Below, in pieces: positions 52,441 to 63,653 of a DNA stretch of 64,000 nucleotides. The notes beneath the pieces were generated by a model. That model ran no database searches. It had not been told where the DNA came from and saw only the letters and a program-made list of their open reading frames with translations. Each line of letters starts with the position of its first letter. Positions within the stretch are counted from its first letter, which is position 1. Origin of the DNA: Octopus vulgaris (lineage: Eukaryota); assembly GCA_951406725.2 (NCBI GenBank), contig OX597835.1:6510001-6574000 (forward strand), given 5' to 3'. Made by a program: the position numbers and the translations under genes.

Positions 52441-53403
52441 TGTGTGTGTACACATGCATCATCATCGTTAAAACGTCCGTTTTCCGCGCTAGCACGGGTT
52501 GGACGGTTCGACCGGGGTCTGGGAAGCCAGGGGCTGCTCCAAGCTGCAGTCTGATCTGGCAGAGTTTCTACGGCTGGATGCCCTTCCTAACGCCTATCAC
52601 TCCGCGAGTGTAGTGGGTGCTTTTTACGTGCCACCTGCACAGGTGCCAGGGGGTGTCCGGCATCGGTCACGATCGTTTGGAGCTTTTAACGTGCCAGCGG
52701 CACGGTAGCCAGCCAAGGCGGCGCTGGCAACGTTCGGATGCTCTTTTTATGTGCCACCGGCACAGGAGCCAGTCGGGGCGGTGCTGGCATCGGCCATGTT
52801 CGGATAGGTCTCAATATTGGGAATTGAATCACACTGCTTGCATAACGATGGCACTTGTTTACAACTATCATGCCACGTGGAGACAAGACACACACACACA
52901 CACACACAAGTTTTCTTCTGTTTCTTTCTATCAAACCCGCTTACAAAGCCTTGGTCAATAGTTGCCTGAGGTGCTGTGAAATAGGACTGAACCTGAAACA
53001 ATGTGGTCGGGAGGTAAACCTCTTAACCACATGACCACTCCATCGGAACATCATCATCAACATCTGACATCCGTTTTGCATGCTGACATAGTTTGGACAG
53101 CTTTGACAGGAACTGGCAAGGCCAGGGGCCACACCAAGCTCCATGGTTTGGCCTGGCTTGGTTTCTACGGCTGGATGTCCTTCCTGATGCCAACCATTTT
53201 ATTTAGAAATAAAAAAAAAACCCCAAAAACAAGGCGCAGGAGTGGCTGTGTGGTAAGTAGCTTGCTTACCAACCACACGTTTCCGGGTTCAGTCCCACTG
53301 CGTGGCACCTTGGGCAAGTGTCTTCTGCTATAGCCTCGGGCCGTCCAATACCTTGAGTGGATTTGGTAGACGGAAACTGAAAGAAGCCTGTCGTATATAT
53401 GTA

Positions 53404-53449
<46 letters not shown>

Positions 53450-56400
53450 ATATATTTGTGTGTCCGTGTTTGCCCCCCCCCCCATCGCTTGGCAACCGAT
53501 GCTGGTGTGTTTACATCCCCGTAACTTAGTGGTTTAGCAAAAAGAGCCCGATAGAATAAGTACTGGGCTTACAAAGAATAAGTCCCGGGGTTGATTTGCT
53601 CGACTAAAGGTGGTGTTCCAGCATGGCCGCAGTCAAATGACTGAAACAAGTAAAAGAGAAAAGGTTGAAGTTGGCGTTTTGCAATATTTAACAATGTTCT
53701 CCTAATTGTGCAGTTCATGAGGGTCAAGAGGTTTGCTTCCTCATCACATGGCTCTGTGTTCAGTGTCACAAGGTTCACAGACAACAGGTGGATCCATGTA
53801 GTGGCCAAGTGGTGCCCAAGAGATTAGAAAAGGGCTACTTGGAAGGCCTCCATGGCAATGGGAAGATAATTTGGATCAAGATGGTAGAGAATGGTTGCAA
53901 ACAAGACAAAACTGGAAGCGCATTGTGCTCAGCAGTGTATAACAGCACCTGATGGCTTAATCGATACTGTGATTGATTGATTGGAGGCGCAATGGCCCAG
54001 TGGTTAGGGCAGCGGACTCGCAGTCATAGGATCGCGGTTTTGATTCCCAGACCGGGCGTTGTGAGTGTTTATTGAGCGAAAACACCTAAAGCTCCACGAC
54101 GCTCCGGCAGGGGATGGTGGTGTTCCCTGCTGTACTCTTTCACCACTACTTTCTCTCACTCTTACTTCCTGTTTCTGTTGTACCTGTATTTCAAAGGGCT
54201 GGCCTTGTCACTCTCTGTGTCACGCTGAATATCCCCGAGAACTACGTTAAGGGTACACGTGTCTGTGGAATGCTCAGCCACTTACACGTTAATTTCATGA
54301 GCAGGCTGTTCCGTTGATCGGATCAACCGGAACCCTCGTCATGATCCTATGACTCGCGGTCATAGGATCATGGTTTCGATTCCCAGACCGGGCGTTTGAG
54401 AGTATTTATTGAGCGAAAACACCTAAAGCTCCACGAGGCTCCGGCAGGGGATGGTGGTGATCCCTGCTGTACTCTTTCACCACAACTTTCTCTCACTCTT
54501 ACTTCCTGTTTCTGTTGTACCTGTATTTCAAAGGGCCGGCCTTGTCACTCTCTGTGTCACGCTGAATATCCCCGAGAACTACGTTAAGGGTACACGTGTC
54601 TGTGGAGTGCTCAGCCACTTACACGTTTTAATTTCACGAGCAGGCTGTTCCGTTGATCGGATCAACCGGAACCCTCGTCGTCGTAACCGACGGAGTGCTT
54701 CCATCCAATTGATTGATTAATTATGAAAATATTATCAGTTACTGAAATTGTGCTCCTTGGCATTGCAAGAATTAAACTTTTGATTCAATATGCTTGTTTT
54801 TCTTCTTTTTCTTGAAGCTTGGTGGAACCATTGGTGACATTGAAGGCATGCCGTTTGTTGAAGCTTTCCGCCAGTTCCAGTTCCGAGTGAAGAGAGAGAA
54901 CTTCTGCAGTGTCCATGTCAGTTTGATTCCACAGGTAAGTTCTACCCAAACCTATTTTTACCATTTCCTGCCCCTACCATCTTCATAAAGTTTCATCATC
55001 ATCGTTTATCATCCTTCTTCCATGCTGGCATGGGTTGGATGGTTTGACAGGAGCTGGCCAGGCAGGGGCCTACACCAGACTTCTTGTTTTGGTATGGTTT
55101 TTACAGCTCTTTGCCCTTCCTAAAACCAACCAGCCAGCAGAGTGGAATGAGTGCATTTAACGTGGCACAAGCACAGGTGAGGTCAGTTCCTACAGTTGAT
55201 TTTTTTTTTCTTCTTATTTTTATTGTCCTAAAATTTTCGTTGCGTCTTGCAACCTTTTCAATAGTTTTGACTCCATTTTCAAAGCTATTGAAAAGGTTGC
55301 AAGTCGCAACGAAAATTTTAGGACAATAAAAATTAAAAAAAAGTGGAAATTTTACCGGTGAGTGTGTTACATAATAAGGCACAAAAAGGAAATGGTTCTC
55401 CCCAGACACAACAGAATATGCTTCAACACAAGAACTCATATAAAGAATCTTTCAAGCCAAATCCCAAAACGAAATATCCTACTGCTGGATTCCCTTCCAA
55501 ATGCCAACCCACATTAGTGTGGACTGGATGCTTTTTACGTGGCATCTGCACTGGCAGGGTTGCCAAGCAACTTGCAACACTCTTTAGCATTCAGTTCATT
55601 CTCTCAAATTTATTGCTTATTTAACAACATTGTTTTGAATAAATCCTGCATTGTTTCATAACAATGAAATTCCAATGATGTGATTGTTTAGTTTTGGAGT
55701 AACATTGTGTGGTAGATGTGAGGAGGGCCAGATCTAGCTGATTTCAAAATTAACTCCTTTGATGCCAACCTGCCTGAAACCACCCCTGGTTCTGGCAGGC
55801 AGCCCTCTGGTTTTAAGGTAACTTAAGTTAAAATCTTCCAAGATTTCAGAGTAATTTGAGTTCTAACCACCTGTTTAATAGTGATAGTTATTAGTGTAAA
55901 TTATTCATTATTTTAAAAATTAATCAAAGCAAAGTTGTTTTATTTCAACACATCATCATCATTTAACGTCCGTTCCTCCATGCTAGCATGGGTTGGACGG
56001 TTCAACTGGGGTCTGTGAAGCTGGAAGGCTTCATCAGGCCCAGTCAGATCTGGCAGTGTTTCTACGGCTGGATGCCCTTCCTAACGCCAACCACTCCGTG
56101 AGTGTAGTGGGTGCTTTTTACGTGCCACCCGCACAGGTGCCAGACAGAGCTGGTAATGACACAAATATGGTAATGATAGGGTTTTGATGCAGCTGGTTTT
56201 AATTGCTAAGGAGTTAAACGGTAACGAGCAAGATAGTTTTAGTTTGTTTTGCTTTACCAATTTAAATTTAAAAAGAAGGGGAACAAAGATTGATATTATT
56301 TAAGCTTTTAGCGTTTAAACAGGTCATATCAAGCCAAAATATTCTTCCCGTTTTATTTTCAAGCTGGCCTAATCTGGCCCCGTACCTTATAAAAAAATAA

Positions 56401-59400
56401 ACTATAGGCGCAGGAGTGGCTGTGTGGTAAGTAGCTTGCTAACCAACCACATGGTTCTGGGTTCAGTCCCACTGCGTGGCATCTTGGGCAAGTGTCTTCT
56501 ACTATAGCCCCGGGCCGACCAATGCCTTGAGTGGATTTGGTAGACAGAAACTGAAAGAAGCCTGTCGTATATATGTGTATATATGTATGTGTGTGTTTGT
56601 GTGTCTGTGTTTGTCCCCCTAGCATTGCTTGACAACCGATGCTGGTGTGTGTTTACGTCCCCGTCACTTAGCGGTTCAGCAAAAGAGACCGATAGAATAA
56701 GTACTGGGCTTACAAAGAATAAGTCCCGGGGTCGATTTGCTCGACTAAAGGTGGTGCTCTAGCATGGCGGCCGCAGTCAAATGACTGAAACGAGTAAAAG
56801 AGAGAGAGTATCACATCATCAGAATCTTGAAGCTACGTAATTATCTTAATTTGAAACAATGTGAAAAAAATAAGCATTTCATTCGACAGAATAATGTGAA
56901 CGCTAACGAGCTTTAAACCTTTTTTTTTTCTTTCCATTTGTAAGTTTCCTGACACATTTCTGTAAAGCCTGTTGCTATGCTATCAGGAAGTTTAATCTCG
57001 TTTGTAACTGTTACTAGGTTAACAGCTTTAAACCCACAACTTACTTGCTGGGATCTTTTAAGATCCTGTTAAACTTTGCAGTAAATCAAATAGTTGTTTG
57101 CTTATTTTGTTTTCAAATTTTGGGTAAGGGAAGTAAAAACGAAAACCTGTCAGTCTTGTCTAATCTAATATATAAAATAGAGATGTGTGTGTGTTCGCCT
57201 TTCACGTGGAAACTGCTTCACTAATTACTTCCATACTTGTGATGCCCGAATAATTTGACCTCAGACACATAATTGGGTCTTCATTTGATTTGCAATGTTC
57301 TCACTCACTCACTCACTCACTCACTCACTCACTCACTCACTCACTCACTCACTCACTCACTCACTCACTCACTCACTCACTCACTCACTCAATCACACTC
57401 GCTCACACTCACTCTCTCTCGCTCACACTCACTCTCTCTCGCTCTCACTCACTCTCTCTCGCTCTCACTCACTCTCTCTCGCTCACCCTCACTCTCTCTC
57501 GCTCACCCTCACTCTCTCTCTCTCACCCTCACTCTCTCTCTCTCACACTCACTCACTCTCTCACACTCACTCACTCTCTCACACTCACTCACTCTCTCAC
57601 CCTCACTCACCCTCACTCTCTCACCCTCACTCACCCTCACTCTCTCACACTTGCTCACTCTCACACTCACTCTCACTCTCTCACACTCACTCTCACTCTC
57701 TCACTCTCTCACTCAATCACTCTCGCTCACACTCACTCTCTCTCGCTCACTCAATCACTCTCGCTCACACTCACTCTCTCTCGCTCACACTCACTCTCTC
57801 TCGCTCACCCTCACTCTCTCTCGCTCACCCTCACTCTCTCTCTCTCACACTCACTCTCTCTCGCTCTCACTCACTCTCTCTCGCTCACCCTCACTCTCTC
57901 TCGCTCACCCTCACTCTCTCTCTCTCACACTCACTCACTCTCTCACACTCACTCACTCTCTCACACTTGCTCACTCTCACACTCACGCTCACTCTCACTC
58001 TCTCACACTCACTCTCACTCTCTCACACTCACTCTCACTCTCTCACACTCCCTCTCACTCTCTCACACTCACTCTCACTCTCTCACACTCCCTCTCACTC
58101 TCTCACACACACCAGGTTTGATTTCGTTCTAAGCTCGCACACTTCGTTAATTTCTGTAAAAAAAATTTTCATTTTCTATTCGCGACCAGTGTTCAGCTCT
58201 ACGTAATTGTAGTCAGTCACACATGCACACAGGGGTTTTTTGTATGTACGTTTGTATACATTTACGTATGTGTGTGTGTATGTCAGTGGAGGGGTGTGTT
58301 GTCATGAATGCATTCATACATAAATACATATGCATACATCTTTTATGTATGTGAGAGAGTGTGATGTCTCAAAGATAATGAAGAGGTAAAATTATTTTGT
58401 TCATTTATTTTCTTTTTTAGCCTCATGCTACAGGAGAACAGAAAACCAAGCCAACCCAGGCCAGTGTCAGGGAACTTCGTGGACTAGGGCTGTCCCCAGA
58501 TTTGGTAAGTAAAAAGGGATCAGCATTTTATCATGTGTGATATTGCATTTTGAAGATGTCTGCTATAAATTTTGGAATTAAAACTAGTCCAAGATATTAG
58601 AAAAGTTTCAAATGGCCATTTCTGGCACATGCCTGGCTGGGTGGTTTAGAAGCTTGCTTCCCAACCGTGTTAATCTTGGGTTCAGTCCTGCTTTGTGCCA
58701 ACCAAAATCTTGTATGTGGATTTTGGAAACTGGAAAATGCCTGATGTGTGTGTGTGTGTGTGTGTAGACATGATTGATGATTGTAAAGGAGTGCCACTGT
58801 CATGTAAGCAGTGTAATCCATTTTCCAAATATTGTAGAAACCTGCCTTTGAGCATATTTGATTTTGGCCAGAGAGAAGTGAAAAGCAATAACCCATCTCA
58901 GTAATACATACCGTGTATATATATATATATATAAAATATAAAATCCTCATAATTTAATGTCTGCTTTCCATGCTAGCATGGGTTGGACGATTTGACTGAG
59001 GGCTGGCGAACCAGATGGCTGCACCAGGCGCCAATCTGATCTGGCAGAGTTTCTACAGCTGGATGCCCTTCGTAACGCCAACCACTCCGAGAGTGTAGCG
59101 GGTGCTTTTATGTGCCACCGGCACGAGGGCCAGTCAGGTGATATTGGCAATGGCTACGCTCAAATGTTTTTTACGTGCCACCTGCACAGGAGCCAGTCCA
59201 GTGATACTGGCAACGACCTTGCTCGAATGTTGTTTTTCACATGCCACTGGCACAAGTGCCAGTAAGGCGACGCTGGTAACAATCACGCTCGAATGGTGCT
59301 TGTTACCTGCCACCATAAAAAGCATCACGTCACTATTGGTCGACTGAAGGGTCCAGGTAATACCTGAATTGCTAGAAATGAGTTAAAAAATCCTCAGAAC

Positions 59401-60743
59401 CACAAAAACACATTTTCATGTACTGAAAGGGGAAATAACTCCTGTCAGTCTATATATCAAGATGTGCCTTTTTGTGACTCAAATGGCTTTTAACTCTTAT
59501 TTCTAGTAACATAGTTGCTATCTGGTACAATTAGTAACAATTGAATTTTTCCTTTTTTATATTGATTATAGCTGCCTTCGTTATTAACGCACCTGTTTTT
59601 TTCAGTCTATGGAAGAATGGTTAAATTTGCTTTGATTGAATGCCTATTGTGTGGGTTTACATATCTCGTACCTTGATACTGTATGGACTGAGATCCCCAT
59701 CGGATAGGCACCTGATATTAAAGTGATAAACACTTGTATGCAAAGCAGTTGCTCCACTTCTCTGTAGCCACAGGTTTATGCTGTGTACATAAACAGACGA
59801 ATTTCTCTGGGATTCATCAAGTGATTTAGATAGCTTATCGGAGCACAACAAGGTTTGAAAACCGATTAAGGCTGCTAGTTTTTTTCTTTCAGTCTATTGA
59901 GGAATAGTTATATTTGCCTTGTTTGTATGGTTATTTCATAGGTTTACTATGGATTAATAAAAAAAGTAGGATGAGAAAGGAACATATGGAAAATTTGCAC
60001 CCAAGACGCGGGGTATACTTTCTTTGTCAGAATCTGTCCTGAAGTCATCACAGTTTCGTGCCTTTAAAAAGATTGTCCATTTTGGTGGTGTCAGCAGCAT
60101 AAAGCTGCTGCAAATGAATGAATGAGTGAACGTGGAGTCAGTGACTAATGAGGGAACGTGGAGTCAGTGACTAATGAGGGAACGTGGAGTCAGTGACTAA
60201 TGAGGGAACGTGGAGTCAGTGACTAATGAGGGAACGTGGAGTCAGTGACTAATGAGTGAATGTAACGAATGATAAACGATGACAGAACAAGATAACAGGA
60301 AGTGATAAACTGAAAATAACACCAGTAGTTGGTACATATATAATATATACACAAAGACCTTACGGCTTTGAGACAATATATGAGATGTGACGTGTATAAG
60401 CAAGGCTAATGGAACATGATATCCAAAGTAGCGAGATATTAAGAAAGGTGTAGGGAAAGCGAGAGAGAGAAAGGGGGGAAAGACCCTTGTTTTGACATCG
60501 TGGGATGGTTGTAAATGAGCGACATTATACGAGCAATGTTTATTTGCAATATTCCGTTTGAAGCACAAAATCGGTTTTAAAGGAACACAAGTTAGTGGCG
60601 AATGAAATATGCTTCAAAAGATGTCTTAGAAAAATAATAATTCGGAACAACAAAAAACAATTTATTCTTGTACTTGTTTCAGTCATTTGACTGTGGCCAT
60701 GCTGGAGCACCACATTAAAAGAATTGGGGAAGAAAGGTTTTAG

Positions 60744-60774
<31 letters not shown>

Positions 60775-63653
60775 CTGCATTGTATGTATTGTTTTTTGTT
60801 TTGTTTTTGTGGCTTTAAAAATTTTTCTCTGTTTTTCTTCTAGATTGTTTGCCGAAGTGAAAGGAAGATCCCTGCTTCCGTCCGTGAAAAAATTTCCTTA
60901 TTTTGCCATGTTCTACCAGACCAGGTGAGTCCTGTCCTTGAAAATCTTTGTTGGTCCTTAATATTACTTTTCGGTTAGCTTAGGGCTGACTGCGAGATCC
61001 TGTGTCAGATCATACACACGTTTGTTTGCGCACACGTGTGTGTGTGTGTGGCTGCTTTGACGGATATTTGTCCTCATCTAGTTTGTTGTTAACACGTTTT
61101 GGCTGATATACCCTCCAGTCTTCATCAGGTGTCTTGGGGAAATTTCGAACCTGGGTTCTCATTCCTAAGGTATTTTTCAATGTTATTATTATTCAGGTCA
61201 CTGCCTGGAATAATAATAATAATATCAAAAAATACTTTAGGAATGAGAACGCAGGTTCGAAAATACCCCAAGACACCTGATGAAGGCTGGAGGGTATATC
61301 AGCCAACATTTTGTGCTCACAACAAACAAGATGAGGACAAATATTCGTCAAATGTAAATAATGTACGTAATTCCTCATCTCTTAAATATAGAACTGTACC
61401 GTAACCGGGGTGGGGTGTCACAGGTGAGTTGAAAATAAAAAAGGCTGAAACTACCTGAAGACTGCTTCTATATTTTGCATGTTAATCTCTTCAACTTGAT
61501 TTTTAATTCCAAATAATTTCCAAAGTAATTATGTCCTGTAGAACACGATTGTCGTTTGTGGCATTTGAATTAATATGCGTTGTCTTGGTTCTGTTTAGGT
61601 AATCGGTGTACATGATGTGACTTCTGTCTATCGAGTGCCTCTCTTGTTACAAGAAGAAAAAGTGGTGGAGTTCTTTCAGAAGCGCTTAAATCTAGAAATG
61701 CCACAATGTCAACACAAGTATCTGTTGTCAAACTGGAGGAATTTGGCTGACAGGTGAGTGAGGATAATTCTACGAAGTCTCTCTTTGTTTTGATTAATGA
61801 ATTATTTTGTGGATTAAGCTTTCTTAATGGATGTGGCTGCATGGGGAAGAAGCTTTTAGGTTCAGTCCCACTGCGTGGCACTTTCGGGGTAAGGATCTTC
61901 TACTAAAATCCTGAGGTCAACTAGAACCTTGTCGATGGGTTTTGGTAGACAAAGCTGAAAGAAGCCTGTTGTGCATATGTATGTATGGGTGTGTGTGTAA
62001 TATATGTGTATGTATATATATGTATGTGTGTATATATATGTGTATATGTGTGAATATATGTATATGTATGTGTATGTATATATGTGTCCGTGTGTGTATG
62101 TATATTGCGTGTGTGTATATGTGTATGTATATTGTGTTTGTGTGTATATATATATGCACACACACATAGATTTAGTAAAATAACTTATTTGGAGTTTGTG
62201 TTGGGAATTTAATTTAACATGAAATTTCGATGGAAGGTTTTTATTTAAAATCACTTTATATCAAAGAACCAAGGGTGATCTCCAATCGGTTGGCAAAAAA
62301 ACCCAGAAAAATAGAAGATAATGTAGTGTTAAAAATAGAAGATAATGTACTAAGTGATGGTCATGTTTAGAATGCCTTTGATTGTTCCCCTGCACAATCC
62401 TGTCTAACCTGAAGTTAAACATGAGTAATATTGTTTCTTTCTTGTCGTACTGGAATTGATGCAACTTTTATTCATTTCCTACCAATTCCTGGTTCTTTGC
62501 CAGTGCGAAAAAAAAACTAATTTGGTATTAACCTAATTTGTCTGAATTAACGTGTTTTTTATATAGCACTGATGGACCGTTCCATATTGATTAAAACACC
62601 TAGATTATTTATGCCAATTACCATTTTTGGGAAGCTGTAGCATCATGTCTTGTCTTGTGATATTGTTGAGGCGGCGAGCTGGCAGAACCGTTAGCACGCC
62701 AGGCAAAATGCGTAGCCGTATTTCGCCTGCCGTTACGTTCTGAGCTCAAATTCTGCCGGGGTCGACTTTGCCTTTCATCCTTTCAGGGGTCGATAAATTA
62801 AGTACCAGTTAAGCACTGGGGTCAATGTAATCGACTTAATCTGTTTGTCTGTCCTTGTTCGTCCCCTCTGTGTTTAGCCCCTTGTGGGCAATAAAGAAAT
62901 AGGTATTGTTGATCTTGGTTGTAGATTTTCGTCTGCGTCTAACAAATAAGTTTCTGTAGAGTGGATTTAGAGATTTCATCCTTCCCGTGTCGATAAATTA
63001 AGTACCAGTTGAGTACTGGGGTTCGATATAATCGACTTAATCCGTCTGTCTGTCCTTGTTCGTCCCCTCTGTGTTTAGCCCCTTGTGGGCAATAAAGAAA
63101 TAGGTATTGCTGATCTTGGTTGTAGATTTTCATCTGCGTCTAACAAATAAGTTTCTGTAGAGTGAATATAGAGATAACTGATATTGTCGTCTTCATTGCC
63201 ATCACCACCTTCATCATCGTCACCATTTTCGTGATGGTGATGCACCATCACCTTTAACCCTTTCACATATCTGGCCTGCACATGATACTCATTTTATGTT
63301 CTAACCAGCCAAATCCACTCACAATGCTTTGGTCAGCCCGAGGCTATAGTAGAAGACACTTGCCCCCAAGATGCCGTGCAGTGGGATTGAACCTGGAACC
63401 TATGCCAGTATGGGAGACGGATGGTGACGATGGTGATGATATTACATTCGTTATGTATTGCTGTGTTGTTTATGTTACAGATGTGATCGTTGTTACATTG
63501 GTTGACTGTTTATGTTACAGGTATGACCGTTTATTGAAGGACGTCACCATAGCTTTGGTTGGTAAATACACACAACTAGAAGACGCTTACGCTTCGGTCA
63601 TAAAAGCCTTGAAGCATTCTTCCCTTGCTGTGAACCATCGTCTCAATTTAAGG
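39140..63653 (+). CDS. CTPS1: CTP synthase, 5' part (8 coding exons, 336 codons: synthetase domain plus start of the glutamine amidotransferase domain); continues beyond the window
   Basis: join(39140-39305,48780-48950,52183-52283,54818-54934,58421-58504,60844-60924,61599-61753,63521-63653) is one open frame: [17 protein letters not shown]...[26 protein letters not shown]...[17 protein letters not shown]...[20 protein letters not shown]...[23 protein letters not shown]...[21 protein letters not shown]. All introns are GT-AG. Confidence 0.97.
39441..39840 (-). mobile_element. tRNA-derived SINE family A
   Basis: Full-length antisense copy about 135 bp after the CTPS exon 1 donor. Confidence 0.85.
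40329..40394. repeat. Perfect 27-bp inverted repeat with a 12-nt loop
   Basis: GAGTTTCAGATGCCGAAGTGGAAATCC / GGATTTCCACTTCGGCATCTGAAACTC. Confidence 0.9.
40454..40962 (-). mobile_element. Non-autonomous Helitron-like element
   Basis: Minus strand begins TCTATATATATAAA and ends CCCGAGCAACGCCGGGTGATACTGCTAG|T. Confidence 0.75.
41580..41774. repeat. Palindrome with ~95-bp arms and a 4-nt loop
   Basis: GCTAGAAATAAGAGCTAAAC...GTGCCG-CAAT-CGGCAC...GTTTAGCTCTTATTTCTAGC. Confidence 0.85.
43605..44030 (+). mobile_element. tRNA-derived SINE family A
   Basis: Full-length copy. Confidence 0.85.
46643..47008 (-). mobile_element. tRNA-derived SINE family A
   Basis: Near full-length antisense copy. Confidence 0.85.
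48780..48950 (+). CDS. CTPS1: CTP synthase coding exon 2
   Basis: [56 protein letters not shown]; ttcAG acceptor, AG|GTAGAA donor. Confidence 0.97.
49053..49411 (-). mobile_element. tRNA-derived SINE family A
   Basis: Antisense copy about 100 bp after the CTPS exon 2 donor. Confidence 0.85.
49992..50068 (+). ncRNA. Box C/D snoRNA-like element, copy 2 (CTPS intron between coding exons 2 and 3)
   Basis: 10-bp terminal stem ATGATGTGAC/GTCACATCAT; C box GTGATGA 50003-50009; same CAGTGAACGTATT-CTGA D' guide; C'-like CTGAAGA; D box CTGA 50055-50058. Confidence 0.8.
52183..52283 (+). CDS. CTPS1: CTP synthase coding exon 3
   Basis: [33 protein letters not shown]; tttcAG acceptor, GAG|GTATGT donor. 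Confidence 0.96.
53233..53658 (+). mobile_element. tRNA-derived SINE family A
   Basis: Full-length copy. Confidence 0.85.
53983..54707 (+). mobile_element. tRNA-derived SINE family D, head-to-tail dimer
   Basis: tRNA-like head GGAGGCGCAATGGCCCAGTGGTTAGGGC...GGTTTTGATTCCC; body repeated from ~54350; (GATT)n on both flanks. Confidence 0.8.
54818..54934 (+). CDS. CTPS1: CTP synthase coding exon 4
   Basis: [39 protein letters not shown]; AAG acceptor, CAG|GTAAGT donor. Confidence 0.96.
55216..55333. repeat. Palindrome with 55-bp arms (2 mismatches)
   Basis: 55216-55270 versus 55279-55333. Confidence 0.9.
56407..56810 (+). mobile_element. tRNA-derived SINE family A
   Basis: Full-length copy. 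Confidence 0.85.
57298..58112. repeat. (CACT)n-derived compound microsatellite, after a Helitron-like 5' end at ~57165
   Basis: TCAC tetramer array degenerating into CTCGCTCACCCTCACTCT higher-order units. Confidence 0.9.
58421..58504 (+). CDS. CTPS1: CTP synthase coding exon 5
   Basis: [28 protein letters not shown]; ttttAG acceptor, TTG|GTAAGT donor. Confidence 0.96.
60121..60260. repeat. 26-bp tandem repeat, ~5.4 copies
   Basis: Unit AATGAGGGAACGTGGAGTCAGTGACT at 60121, 60147, 60173, 60199, 60225. Confidence 0.95.
60844..60924 (+). CDS. CTPS1: CTP synthase coding exon 6
   Basis: [27 protein letters not shown]; tctAG acceptor, CAG|GTGAGT donor. Confidence 0.95.
61056..61352. mobile_element. 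Penelope-like inverted duplication (~140-bp arms) with degenerate hammerhead cores
   Basis: Arms are reverse complements; each has CTGATGAAG(G/A)CTGGAGGGTATATCAGCC followed by a mutated GAAAC. Confidence 0.65.
61599..61753 (+). CDS. CTPS1: CTP synthase coding exon 7
   Basis: [52 protein letters not shown]; tttAG acceptor, AG|GTGAGT donor. Confidence 0.94.
63521..63653 (+). CDS. CTPS1: CTP synthase coding exon 8
   Basis: [44 protein letters not shown]; tacAG acceptor, AGG|GTAAGC donor. Confidence 0.95.

Noticed and set aside
53983-54060. tRNA gene
   Set aside because: A/B-box-like head continues into a multi-copy SINE body; no complete cloverleaf or terminator. The same applies to the family A and B heads.
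57273-58206. Three overlapping 280-303 aa S/L/T/H ORFs
   Set aside because: Produced by the (CACT)n compound repeat
60121-60260. CRISPR-like array (also considered at 35247-35513)
   Set aside because: Head-to-tail repeats with no unique spacers, no cas genes, eukaryotic intron context
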